DNA of 64,000 bases, taken from NCBI RefSeq assembly GCF_006345805.1, contig NC_043001.1, positions 125,054,001 through 125,118,000 on the forward strand, given 5' to 3'. Source of the stretch: Octopus sinensis. Taxonomy: Eukaryota. The first letter of the stretch is position 1; every line of letters starts with the position of its first letter. The position numbers were made by a program, and so were the translations under genes. This document shows, piece by piece, positions 40,351 to 51,950 of this stretch. The notes under the pieces were generated by a model that saw only the letters and a list, made by a program, of their open reading frames with translations, had not been told where the DNA came from and searched no databases.

Positions 40351-42188
40351 GTTTTTCCAATAAACTCTAAGCTATCCTTACTTTTCATATTTTTCTGAAT
40401 TCTTCAAATTGTAATGGTAATTTATGGACAACCCTGTATTAAGATTTCGTTTTTGTATTTGATTTGCAAGATTCTTTGTGTGAATTCATGTGTTGAAGCA
40501 TATTTTAAGTTGCAGAAGTAAATGAACACACACACACACACACTGTATAGATATGAAGTATGTTTTCTAACAACATTGTTTATGATATGTAACATCTTGG
40601 ACAAATGTCTACTGGCCTCAGAAAGGTCAATGCCTTGTAAATGGAATTATTGATTTGCTGGAAAACATATAGCAGTCTATCATGAGAATAGGGTGTTGTA
40701 TGCACATTAAGACCTATATTTGCATGTTATATTTGAGCAAAGAGAGTGATGCCATGTTTATCATTCCATGCAGGTAATAATATATACTGATACTCTGAGT
40801 TTTCAAAGAGCAACAAAATAAAAAAAAAAAAACTTAAGGCATCTAGCTATAAAACACTGCACCAAAACAGAGCTTCGTCCAACCTATACCAGAATGAAAA
40901 ATGGATGTAAAAGACAAGTGAACACAATGAAGGCAATCTATTCACACATGGGTGAGGATGAAGAACCACCATTTGAATTTGATCAGAGCACCCCATTCTA
41001 AACCATGACTACCCTCAGCCTTCTCATACTCTGTATCCAGGTACTCAATGTTCAGATCTTAAAGTGGCCAGGTACTGCTGGTGGTTTTTACATTCGCAGC
41101 CAATCTGGGGCCCATTTCCTTCTTGCGAATCTGCACTTAATCATTTCCTGATTTTTCTTGCACATCATTTGAGTTGCCCACCAGTCACTTGTTGGCTTCT
41201 TCAAAGACTAAACTGCATGCAATTCCCAAGAGGAGCTATTTTAATAAGCAGCTAATTCAGTAGTTCAAATAACCAAATAATCATCACAGAAACCAACAAA
41301 CGTGTGTCCTTGCACCAGATTTAATTATAATGTGCAGTTCTGTGAGCAAGTGCCTTCCACCATTGTTTCTGGTCATAAACCCAAGTTTTGCAAATGAACC
41401 TGGGTACATGGAAGGGTTGAACTGGTTATGTGCAGACTTAATCCCAAGTTCAACACCACCACCTGACTCCTAAGGAGACTTTAGTGGAGTTTATTCTGTT
41501 GAAAGCATTCAGACCAGATTGCCAGTTTTAAAATGACAGTCTAGTGTTTGGGTGGTTTTAACAGAGGCCTTTTTTTCCTTTTTTAGAAGTAGGTTCATAT
41601 ATATGAAAACCTGGCGCAAATACATGCAACTGAATGGTCCCAGCTAAAGGCACCCACATACCAGGTTGGTGGTGCTAAATCAGGTGAAAGATTAAGTTTA
41701 ACAACCAAGCAGGGCATGATGGGATTTGAACTCAGAACACAAAGAGCCAAAACAAATACCACAAGGTATCTGGTCCAACATTGTTACGGTTCCACGAATA
41801 CACTGCTCTGTTTTTGTTTTTGTTTTTACTTTTACACTGAACCTCAACATGATTTTCAACACTGAGTGCCAAATGCCCCATGAGGTATCCATCTAGGCAC
41901 TCACATAACTGTCATCATCTGTTGTAAGCATCCAGACTAAATAGCCAGGTTTAACAATCTCCTTCAGTGCCTTCAGGAGACTCCAATCAATTACAAACAT
42001 TCAGACCAGTTTACCATCTGAAAATAAGTTAATCTTAAGTTACTTTGACTAGTCTCAGAGACCCTACACACAGGCTACTAATGCTGTCCTACCTTCTCTG
42101 ATCAAGCAGCAAAAAGAAATGAATCTAAAACACATCAGCAAAAATATTTTGTCAAACAATTGTTGAAAGCAAAACAGCAATTAATTAC

Positions 42189-42298
42189 CTCCACGTCCTG
42201 GGCCACACATGTAATCAAAGACCCCATACAAGTCAACTTTATCAAAATAACAGGAAGTATACAAAGGTTTGGTACATTCCTTGAACTCTGGAACACCC
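42189..42298 (-). CDS. Coding exon, phase 2 to 1; GVPEFKECTKPLYTSCYFDKVDLYGVFDYMCGPGRG(E)
   Basis: Acceptor ctttatatcttttaacag, donor gtaatt, 110 nt open, phase-compatible on both sides. Confidence 0.88.
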
Positions 42299-42400
42299 CT
42301 GTTAAAAGATATAAAGAATTGTTTTAATGTTTCTCTTATTTCAACTGGTTGTTTTGCATTTATAATATATACAAATTATACAAATAAAAAATATATATAC

Positions 42401-42557
42401 AGGAGTGGCTGTGTGGTAAGTAGCTTGCTAACCAACCAAATGGTTCCGGGTTCAGTCCCACTGCGTGGCATCTTGGGCAAGTGTCTTCTGCTATAGCCCC
42501 GGGCCGACCAATGCCTTGTGAGTGGATTTGGTAGACGGAAACTGAAAGAAGCCAGTC

Positions 42558-42600
<43 letters not shown>

Positions 42601-42836
42601 TGTGTGTGTGTGAATATGTTTGTGTGTCTGTGTTTGTCCCCCTAGCATTGCTTGACAACCGATGCTGGTGTGTTTACGTCCCCGTCACTTTGCGGTTCGG
42701 CAAAAGAGACCGATAGAATAAGTACTGGGCTTACAAAGAATAAGTCCCGGGGTCAATTTGCTCGACTAAAGGCGGTGCTCCAGCATGGCCGCAGTCAAAT
42801 GACTGAAACAAGTAAAAGAGTAAAAAGAGTAAAGAG
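42401..42836 (+). mobile_element. tRNA-derived SINE family A (complete example) with central (TA)n/(TG)n; copies also at about 527-1215, 1582-1888, 2874-3277, 17700-18093, 19843-20212, 29010-29355, 37392-37790, 38018-38416, 49456-50215, 52160-52535, 56750-57150, 57850-58845, 61640-62080, 63640-64000
   Basis: A-box TGGCTGTGTGG, B-box GGTTCAGTCCC, CORE-like ccttgggcaagt, (gtaaaaga)n tail. Confidence 0.9.
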
Positions 42837-44469
42837 TACTGTTTCTACTTTGTGTGGAGTTTCACTTTCACTTTGATAGTCAAGGGGTTACTGGAAATCA
42901 TTTCCATTTCAATAGCATTGTTGTAGAGATTATCAATCCAGAATAGGAAAACCTTTGATAAAACCATTCTAACCATGACCATTCCACCTTATTTTCAGAA
43001 AATGCAACCAGGCATAGCTAAGTGTTTAAGAACTTCGCTTTTCAACCATATGGTTTTGGGTTCAGTTTCACTGTGAAGCATATTGGGCAAGTGTCTTCTG
43101 CTCAATATACCTGAGCTTTGGTTACAGATGGTGACATCATTGTTTGTGGTTGAGCTCAAGCAATTATGTTAGGTTGATAGTTTCTGTCGAAAAATTGTCT
43201 GCCAGCACTTCATCATCATCGTTTAACATCTGTTTTCCATGCTAGCATGGGTTGGACGGTTTGACTGGGATCTGCGAAGCGAGGAGGCTGCACCAGGCTC
43301 CAATCTGATCTGGCAGTGTTTCTACAGCTGGATGCCCTTCCTAATGCCAACCACTCCGTGAGTGTAATGGATGCTTTTTACATGCCACCAGCACAGATTG
43401 TACTTTTGAATTTTGCTAGAACTAAAAAAAATCCTTTACTTGACAAACAGGTAAGGTTTGGTAACAACAAAAGCATCCGGTCATAAAAATCCTACCTTAA
43501 TTTCCTCCTGTCTAAGCCATGTTAGTATGCAAAAACAGACTTTAAACAAAAAAAACTACATTTATTCAATTTTTTTTATAGTTTTTTTTGTTTTGTTTTT
43601 AAGCTGATAAAATGTTGTTAGAGAAATTTGATTCTTATTTTAGTAGAGAAAGAGGGGGGGGAAGGAGAACTAGCATGATACTATAGTTAGAGTTGACAGT
43701 AGGAAGATCACTTAACCACAGATTATATCTGCCACAAGAAGTTTCTTATTTGTGTCAGCAAAGGCAAAATGGATGTAAAAGAGGATGATAATTTCCCCCA
43801 TCTTAAAACATCTTCAGACAACATGCTGAGCGAGAGTGGAGCAGAAAGAGAGAAATAGATTTAAAAAGGTATACAAAATATGAGGCCACCATAAAAAAAC
43901 TCCCTTACAAGTTTGCTTTCGTTGCTCTTATTGTTGAAGGTCTCCAAATGAGAATAAATTCAGTTTCCAGTGAAATGTGGAAGATATTTCAGAAGCATTT
44001 TCCAAAGAGCCAAGAAAGAAATTAAAAAGCACCACTTCCTAATGATGTGATAACCACAACTAATATTTTGCTGATAGCATGGGCAAAGTACGCTACTGCA
44101 TGGTAACAAGACATGGGCCATGAATTCCTTGACTGGAAAAGCTAGCAAGAAATGAGATGAGATGAGATGTTCGATGTCAGTGAACATGAATGATGAAGTA
44201 TAAATGAACTGAAAGAAAAACCAAGTATAAGAGGAATCATCTGTAGTGTGCAAGAGAGGAAATTGCATGTGATGTAAATGGAGGATAACAGGAGCTCAAA
44301 GTGAATAGTATCTGTGGAAGAGGGAGATGAAGGAAGACTCAAGATGAGGTGGTAAAAAATAATCTCCAAACAGATGACCTAGGACTATGTTGGTTGATGA
44401 GAGTGCTGCAGAAGACAGAACCTACTGCACAAACTAGTTGAAATGCCTATAAAGTACCTATTTTTTTTT

Positions 44470-44696
44470 TTACTACCCACAAGGGGCTAAACACAGAGAG
44501 GACAAACAAGGACAGACACACGGATTAAGTCATTACATCGACCCCAGTGCATACCTGGTACTTAATTTATCGACCCCGAAAGGATGAAAGGCAAAGTCGA
44601 CCTCGGCGGAATTTAAACTCAGAACGTAACGGCAGACAAAATGCGGCTACGCATTTCGCCCGGCGTGCTAACGTTTCTGCCAGCTCGCCGCCTTAA
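44470..44696 (-). mobile_element. tRNA-derived SINE family C; copies also at about 160-524, 4381-4600, 14172-14405, 20540-20860, 33620-34570 (cluster), 35335-35546, 36900-37110
   Basis: Head ggcggcgagctggcagaaacgttagc, B-box gagttcaaattcc, body gcctttcatcctttcggggtcgat. Confidence 0.88.
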
Positions 44697-45489
44697 AGTA
44701 CCCCCATGACACTGCCTATTGCTTATTCTACACCCTCAAGCTTCCCTCCCATCTCTTCTATCCATTTTACCTATTGCATTCTGAACTGACCTACTCCCAA
44801 CACTTACATCCTACTACTGTGTCTCCCTTTGTCCTTCCAAATCAGGAGTGGAGGCGTGTGGCTTAGCGGTGAGGACTCGTGATCATAAGATTGTGGTTTC
44901 GATTCCTGGACTGGGTGACACATTGTGTTCTTGTGCAAAACACTCCATTTCACGTTGCTCCTGTCCACTCAGCTGGAAAAAATAATTCTGCGACAGACCA
45001 GCATCCCATCCAGGTGAGAAATTTGTACAGCCTTCATGAGTCAACAGGACTTTAGAAGGTAACTTTTTTTTTTCCTACAAATCATGATACCTGAATAGGG
45101 AGGGGATGAATAACACTCTTGTAATTTTCACTCACTCTTCCAGAGTATTCAGTCAGCACACTTTACCTTGGCCATGTTACTTTGAGAATATGCTCTGGTA
45201 CCTTCTCATTTACTCTCTCACAATAAATCCACTCTGCCCATCATACCTAAAGTTATCACCCCCTCTCTCTCCTCTATTCCTTCTTCCAGTAGTGAATTTT
45301 GCTTCTCAAGTCATAAGGTGACATCAATACTAGAAAGATAAAAAGTACACGCTTTTAAGTAGTTGGTAAATCAAGTAAAGACAACACAGGGTTACAAGGA
45401 CTTTTTAGTTTTGCTGACAGTAAGACATGCTTTTCAGTCCTAGTGCCATGATAAAAAGCACCCAGTACACTGTCAAGTAATTAAGAAGG

Positions 45490-45803
45490 GCAGCCAGCGC
45501 CGCCTCGACTGGCTTCTGTGCTGGTGGCACATAAAAAGCACCATCCGAACATGGCCGATGCCAGCTCCACCTTGACTGGCTTCTGTGCTGGTGGCACGTT
45601 AAAAGCACCAACCGATCGTGGCCGATGCCAGACTCCCCTGGCACGCAAAAAGCACCCACTATACTCGCGGAGTGGTTGGCGTTAGGAAGGGCATTCAGCT
45701 GTAGAAACACTGCCAGATCAGACTGGAGCCTGGTGCAGCCCCTGGTCGAACCATCCAACCCCTGCTAGCGCAGAAAACGGACGTTAAACGATGATGATGA
45801 TGA
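45490..45803 (+). mobile_element. Family D 3' UTR fragment
   Basis: Same family, (GAT)n tail. Confidence 0.8.
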
Positions 45804-46184
45804 TCCATCCATAGAAAGCATATTGAACCAAAGATATCTTGATTTGTGGGATCTTGTCAAACGTCCAGCCCATACCAAGATGAAAAATAAATGAAAAATG
45901 ATGACTTCAAGTAGAAGTTATGTGCTTGAATAGTAAAGATATTGGACTGCTAGAAATAGCAGCTAAATCTGTTTCAAATCAAACATAACTACAATTTTGA
46001 AAATACTAATTTTTTTACCCGTTTCACTGAATTGTAACCATACTAGAACATCGCCTTTAAAGGGTTTCAGGCAATCATTTTGTCCTTAATACTCAGTCTC
46101 CTTTTCGTTAAATTTATTTTTTTATCGATTTATTGCAAACGTAAAGACAAATACAAGAACATGCAAATTTTCCACACCTATGAT

Positions 46185-46660
46185 GTGGCCGATGGCAGCG
46201 CCGTCTCGACTGGCTTCTGTGCCGGTGGCACATAAAAAGCACCATCCGAACGTGGCCGATGCTAGCGCCGCCTTGACTGGCTTCTTTGCCGGTGACACAC
46301 AAAAAGGACCATCCGAACGTGGCCGATGCCAGCGCCGCCTTGACTGGCTTCTGTGCCGGTGACACACAAAAAGCACCATCCGAACGTGGCTGATGCCAGC
46401 ACCGCCTTGACTGGCTTCCGTGCCGGTGGCACGTTAAAAGCACCGACCGATGCCAGACTCCCCCGGCACCTGTGCCGGTGGCATGTAAAAAGCACTCACT
46501 ACACTCGCGGAGTGGTTGGCGTTAGGAAGGGCATCCAGCTGTAGAAACACTGCCAGATCAGACTGGAGCCTGGTGCAGCTCCTGGCTTCCCAGACCCCGG
46601 TTGAAGCGTCCAGCCCGTGCTAGCGCGGAAAACGGACATTAAACGATGATGATGATGATG
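46185..46660 (+). mobile_element. Family D 3' UTR fragment with tandem subrepeats
   Basis: Same sequence family, (GAT)n tail. Confidence 0.85.
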
Positions 46661-47318
46661 AATTTTACTCACAAAGTGTTATTTTACAGTTTCAGGCTAT
46701 AGTAGAAAACAATTGTCCAAGATGGTGTACAATGGGACTGAACCTGAAACCACTTGATTGCAATGTTAAGTTAACCATTCAACCATGCATGAAAGGAAAG
46801 TAGCAGGGAGAGGACAAACAGCTAGAAATGTCTTTAATCATACATTGACTTGTACAATCAAACTAACTTGCAACTACGATTAAAAGGATATAAACAACAT
46901 CAAAGGCTCCACAATACAAAAAGCATGGGAGGACGGGCGAACAGATGGTGACGTAAGAGAAATGTCAGACAGAACTTTGAAGCTTCTGAAAGCTCAAGAA
47001 TGAAATGCAGTGAGGTGGGGAAAATATTATTTACTGCTTATAATTTAGCACAAATGTTAAGGCTAATGCTAGTAGTAGCTAAGCACACAGAGTTAACATC
47101 ATTAAACAGCTTCAAATGAATGCAACAAAAATGGCTGCTATGTGGTTGCTCCACAAGACCTGCTAGAAATAACAGCTAAATCTTTAAATTACATCTATGC
47201 TGTCTTTGAAATGATCTCATTAGTAAATAAGATCCTATATGCAATATTTGTTATTTATATATTACGGAGATGTACTTGCATAGCAAGTGATTTGATCAGA
47301 GATCGTGTGCTGGAACGA

Positions 47319-47584
47319 AAACTATTGCAGCATGGAAGGTGTTTGTAAGCCATTTAAGAAACACACAAAAGCCGTTCGATTCACTTCAACATTTAAGTTT
47401 AATTTGTCAAAATATTTTCATCGCTTTAAGACCGCGACCTGTTCACTACAGATTTTTGTCAGTGAACAGGTTGCGGTCTGAAAGCGACGAAAATACTTTG
47501 ACAAATTATATTTAAATGTTGAAGTGAATCGAACGGCTTTTGTTTCTTAAATGGCTTACAAACACCTTCCACGCTGCTATAGTT
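47319..47584. mobile_element. Palindromic foldback element (arms of about 125 bp); split relative at 22835-23195
   Basis: Long imperfect inverted repeat centred on 47448-47460. Confidence 0.7.
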
Positions 47585-48329
47585 ATTTATATAATATAAA
47601 CATATATAAAAGATAGCGGTCATGGCTGATTATAGGTCTGCTCAGTCATGGATTACATGGGTTAAACAACAACCACCACAATAAGGCATGAACCAATGAT
47701 GGATATTATGTTGATGGGAATAGCAACCAACTCATTCCTCACCTTTCATGCCCTAAATACAGGGATGGATTGGGTAATGTGTGAAAAGAAAAAAAAAGGG
47801 AATGATCACAGCAGGGAATGTGTATGACCATAAATCAAGTCATTCGGAGTAGACCTATGGGGTAAACAACTATATCCTTTTAGAAGTTTCATCTGCTAGA
47901 AATAGCACAAATAGTAAGGTCTCCCATGATTTGCAATCATCCTTCATGGACGGGTCCAAATATGTTTCATCCCTAGGACTACGAGTCAAATTTATTGCTT
48001 CAGCTAGGTATCTTTAGAGAGATATAAGTCCAGGGACGATAAGTTCAACAGAAGCTATGTCCAGCCATTTAGGATAGAGTGCTCAAAGTTTGAAGTTCTT
48101 GATGAACATTACTAGAAGAAAAAAAAAAAAAACTAACGATGTGGTCAAGGTTGGAATGTCTGATCCTAATCAACTTAGGAGATTCAGTGATGTGAGTAGT
48201 AGTAATATGATGTAAATTAGTTAAGTAATTTGATCCAATGTTTACACTGCCTCTCAGTAGGTAGGAGCAGCAGTTGGGGGAAGATGTGTGCTAAAGAACA
48301 TGGCTGTAAAGAACATTTTACAACTACAA

Positions 48330-48785
48330 AGAAACGAGAGAGAGAGAGCAAGGAAGAAGTTGAGAGAGAGCAAGGAAGAAGTTGAGAGAGAGCAAGGAAG
48401 GAGAGAGAGAGCAAGGAAGAAGAGAGAGAGAGCAAGGAAGAAGAGAGAGAGAGCAAGGAAGAAGAGAGAGAGAGCAAGGAAGAAGAGAGAGAGAGCAAGG
48501 AAGAAGAGAGAGAGAGCAAGGAAGAAGAGAGAAAGAGCAAGGAAGAAGAGAGAGAGAGCAAGGAAGAGAGAGAGAGCAAGGAAGAAGAGAGAAAGAGCAA
48601 GGAAGAAGAGAGAAAGAGCAAGGAAGAAGAGAGAAAGAGCAAGGAAGAAGAGAGAAAGAGCAAGGAAGAAGAGAGAAAGAGCAAGGGAGAAGAGAGAAAG
48701 AGCAAGGGAGAAGTTGAGAGAGAGAGAGAAGAGGAGGGAAGTTGAGAGAGAGAGAGAAGAGGAGGGAAGTTGAGAGAGAGATTGT

Positions 48786-48824
<39 letters not shown>

Positions 48825-48830
48825 GCAGAA
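48330..48830. repeat. Polypurine minisatellite, 21 bp unit (aagaagagagagagagcaagg)
   Basis: Direct reading. Confidence 0.95.
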
Positions 48831-49646
48831 AGACAAATAGAGAGGAGCAGAACCAGAGATAAACAAATAGATATCAAAAGTGTGCAGGATGAAATTGCCG
48901 AATTTTAAGCTCATTTAATAAATATAAACAAAGCTCATAGTGGAGAAACTTGCTATGATATATATATAGGAGAAATCAGTGCAAACAAGCCAGTTCTCTG
49001 TATCATGTGAAATAATGGGTCAATGACAAAAAGTAAAATGTCGTTCCGCAAAAATTAACTGAAAACCGCTTAACTTTAACTCTGTCCTGGCTTCATTGTG
49101 ATATAATCTGTTTATAATTTGCTTTCCAAATCAATAACATACAGAAACAATAGGGTTAAGTCACGTTTATTTTTACTTCTTTCAGTTATTGTTTACCGAA
49201 TCCATTCTGTTAGTCCGGAGTTTCAGAAGTAGAGGGCACATGCCCAAAAGTGATACGCAGTGGGAATGAACCTGGGTAATCTATAATTTACGATGCTCCT
49301 ATTCACAACAAAATGCAACATGGGCACTGGAATGACAAGAAGCTTGCTTAACAAACACATGGAAACTGCCTAGGGAAAGTTTCTTCTTCTACTACAGCTC
49401 TGGGCTGACCAAAGCCTTGTGAGTGGATTTGGTAGACGGAAATTGAAATCTCATAGGCACAGGAGTGGCTGTGTGGTAAGTAGCTTGCTAACCAACCAAA
49501 TGGTTCCGGGTTCAGTCCCACTGCCTGGCACCATGGGCAAGTGTCTTCTGCTATAGCCCCGGGCCGACTAATGCCTTGTGAGTGGATTTGGTAGATGGAA
49601 ACTGAAAGAAGCCTGTCGTGTATATATATTATATATATATTATATA

Positions 49647-49738
<92 letters not shown>

Positions 49739-49750
49739 TATTTTATAGAA

Positions 49751-49805
49751 GGAGCTTCTACAGGACTAGAACTGTTTCATTCAAAAGAAATCATCAGGAA
49801 GCTAC
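49751..49805 (-). ncRNA. Type I hammerhead ribozyme motif, intact-looking core
   Basis: GUAGCUUC-CUGAUGA-UUUCUUUUGAAU-GAAA-CAG-UUCUAGUC-CUG-UA-GAAGCUCC: helix I AGCUUC/GAAGCU, helix II UUC/GAA, helix III ACAG/CUGU, GUA cleavage triplet. Confidence 0.75.
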
Positions 49806-49807
49806 AG

Positions 49808-49862
49808 GTAGCTTCCTGATGATTTCTTTTGAATGCAACAGTTCTAGTCCTGTAGAAGCTCC
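49808..49862 (+). ncRNA. Inverted copy of the hammerhead with mutated core (GAAA to GCAA)
   Basis: Reverse complement of 49751-49805 except for one base in the conserved GAA. Confidence 0.65.
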
Positions 49863-49942
49863 TTCTATAAAATAAATTAATTTACTCTGCTATGTATTGA
49901 GTACCTTATTTACTGTGGTTAACCCCGACTCAACCCGGGACC

Positions 49943-49995
<53 letters not shown>

Positions 49996-50804
49996 GTGTG
50001 TGTGTCTGTGTTTGTCCCCCTAGCATTGCTTGACAACCGATGCTGATGTGTTTACTTCCTCGTCACTTAGCGGTTTGGCAAAAGAGACCGATAGAATAAG
50101 TACTGGGCTTACAAAGAATAAGTCCCAGGGTCGATTTGCTCGACTAAAGGCGGTGCTCCAGCATGGCCGCAGTCAAATGACAAACAAATAAAAGAGTAAA
50201 AGAGTAAAAGAGTATATGCGTGTATGTAGGTTTGTATGTATGAGAGTGTGTGTGTATGAGAGCATGCTTCATAACTGGTTTTAATTAATGTCCCCATAAC
50301 TTAGTGGTTCAGCAAAAGAGACTGACAGAAGTACCAAGCTTTGGAAAAAGTGCTGGGTTCAATTTGCTAGATGAAAAGCCCTTCAAGACTAGGGCCACAG
50401 TCCAATGATTTAAACAACAGATAAAAGATAGCAGTAGCTACTGCATAAGTCAAGGGATGATGTACTGAATGCTGTGAGCAAAAAATTCTTTATGCTAGTA
50501 AATAATCCATATTAGATAACAGTTTAGTATACAAACAAATTAGCTGACATAACAAGCTTTCTGCTGTTAGGGAAGCACTGAGTCAAGAAATATGTATTTA
50601 TAGCTACATACGATAATCTTTTCAGCAACATTGCCGTTGTTAATTTGTTTCAGTAATTAAGACAAGAATGGGTAAAACTATCAGCACAATTGATCTAATA
50701 AGGCTACACAATTTCTACCTAAAACAAATTTCTTTCACAAGATTTGGATCACCCTCAGGATATGGTGGAGAGAGAAGGAAGAGAGGGGAGACAAAGACAG
50801 ATGG

Positions 50805-50859
50805 TGGGGGGGGAGGGGGGAGAGAGGAAAGAGAGAGAGAGGGAAGAGAGAGAGGAAAG

Positions 50860-50890
<31 letters not shown>

Positions 50891-51255
50891 GGAAGAGAGA
50901 GAGAGAGAGGGAAGAGAGAGAGAGAGAGGAGAGGAGAGAGAGGGAAGAGAGAGAGAGGAGGAGAGAGAGGGAGGAAGAGAGAGAGGAGAGGGAAGAGAGA
51001 GAGAGAGGGAAGAGAGAGAGAGAGGGAAGAGAGAGAGAGGGAAGAGAGAGAGAGAGGGAAGAGAGAGAGGGAAGAGAGAGAGAGAGAGGGAAGAGAGAGA
51101 GAGAGAGAGAGGGAAGAGAGAGAGAGAGGGAAGAGAGGGGAGAGAGAGAGGGAAGAGAGAGAGAGGGAAGAGAGAGAGAGAGGGAAGAGAGAGAGAGAGG
51201 GAGAGGAGAGGGAAGAGAGAGAGGGGGAAGAGAGAGAGAAGGAAGAGAGAGAAGA
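50805..51255. repeat. Pure GA polypurine array ((ga)n gggaa units)
   Basis: Direct reading. Confidence 0.95.
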
Positions 51256-51276
51256 CAACAAATGTGTAATACTTAC

Positions 51277-51403
51277 TGACAAAAAGCATTTATCTGTTTC
51301 TTATCTAAATGCTGCATATAATAATTGGAGACGTCAATATTGTGGGGGCTAATTGACCTCAGACAGCTACGCAATGCTAGTGTATCACAATAAGCATTGA
51401 CAT
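51277..51403 (-). CDS. Coding exon (5'-most confidently found) of an unannotated Cys-rich type I membrane protein; phase 1 to phase 2; (D)VNAYCDTLALRSCLRSISPHNIDVSNYYMQHLDKKQINAFC(Q)
   Basis: Acceptor cttctttttttttttttttatacag, donor gtaagt, 127 nt open frame, phase joins to the 42298 exon. Confidence 0.88.
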
Positions 51404-51562
51404 CTGTATAAAAAAAAAAAAAAAAAGAAGAGATAAATTATTTCTTGTTAATGGCGATTTTAGACATTTCTTGGTTTGGTCAGTATGTAAACCTACAGTT
51501 AAATTATTGTAATAAGAAAAACCTCATCTCATTTTACACAAAAAAATTACAGAATCTATACC

Positions 51563-51950
51563 TTGGAAGCACTCCGTCGGTTACAACGATGAGGGTTCCG
51601 GTTGATCCGAATCAACGAAACAGCCTGCTCGTGAAATTAACGTGTAAGTGGCTGAGCACTCCACAGACACGTGCACCCTTAACGTAGTTCTCGGGGATAT
51701 TCAGCGTGACACAGAGAGTGACAAGGCCGGCCCTTTGAATAACATGTACAACAGAAACAGGAAGTAAGAGTGAGAGAAAGTTGTGGTGAAAGAGTACAGC
51801 AGGGATCACCACCATCCCCTGCCGGAGGCTCGTGGAGCTTTTAGGTGTTTTCGCTCAATAAACACTCACAACGCCCGGTCTGGGAATCGAAACCGCGATC
51901 CTATGACCGCGAGTCCGCTGCCCTAACCAATGGGCCATTGCGCCTCCACA
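51563..51950 (-). mobile_element. SINE family B, full length (another copy at 24990-25370)
   Basis: 14 bp TSD acagaatctatacc. Confidence 0.9.

Noticed and set aside
50612-50718. Exon-like segment on the - strand (ttttag ... gtatgt) with a hydrophobic stretch
   Set aside because: Stops in all frames and an immediate stop in the incoming phase; weaker support than the 41905-42017 candidate.
48217-51352. R/E/K-rich and L/S/F-rich ORFs resembling coiled-coil or TM proteins
   Set aside because: Translations of GA repeats; no splice signals or unique coding context.
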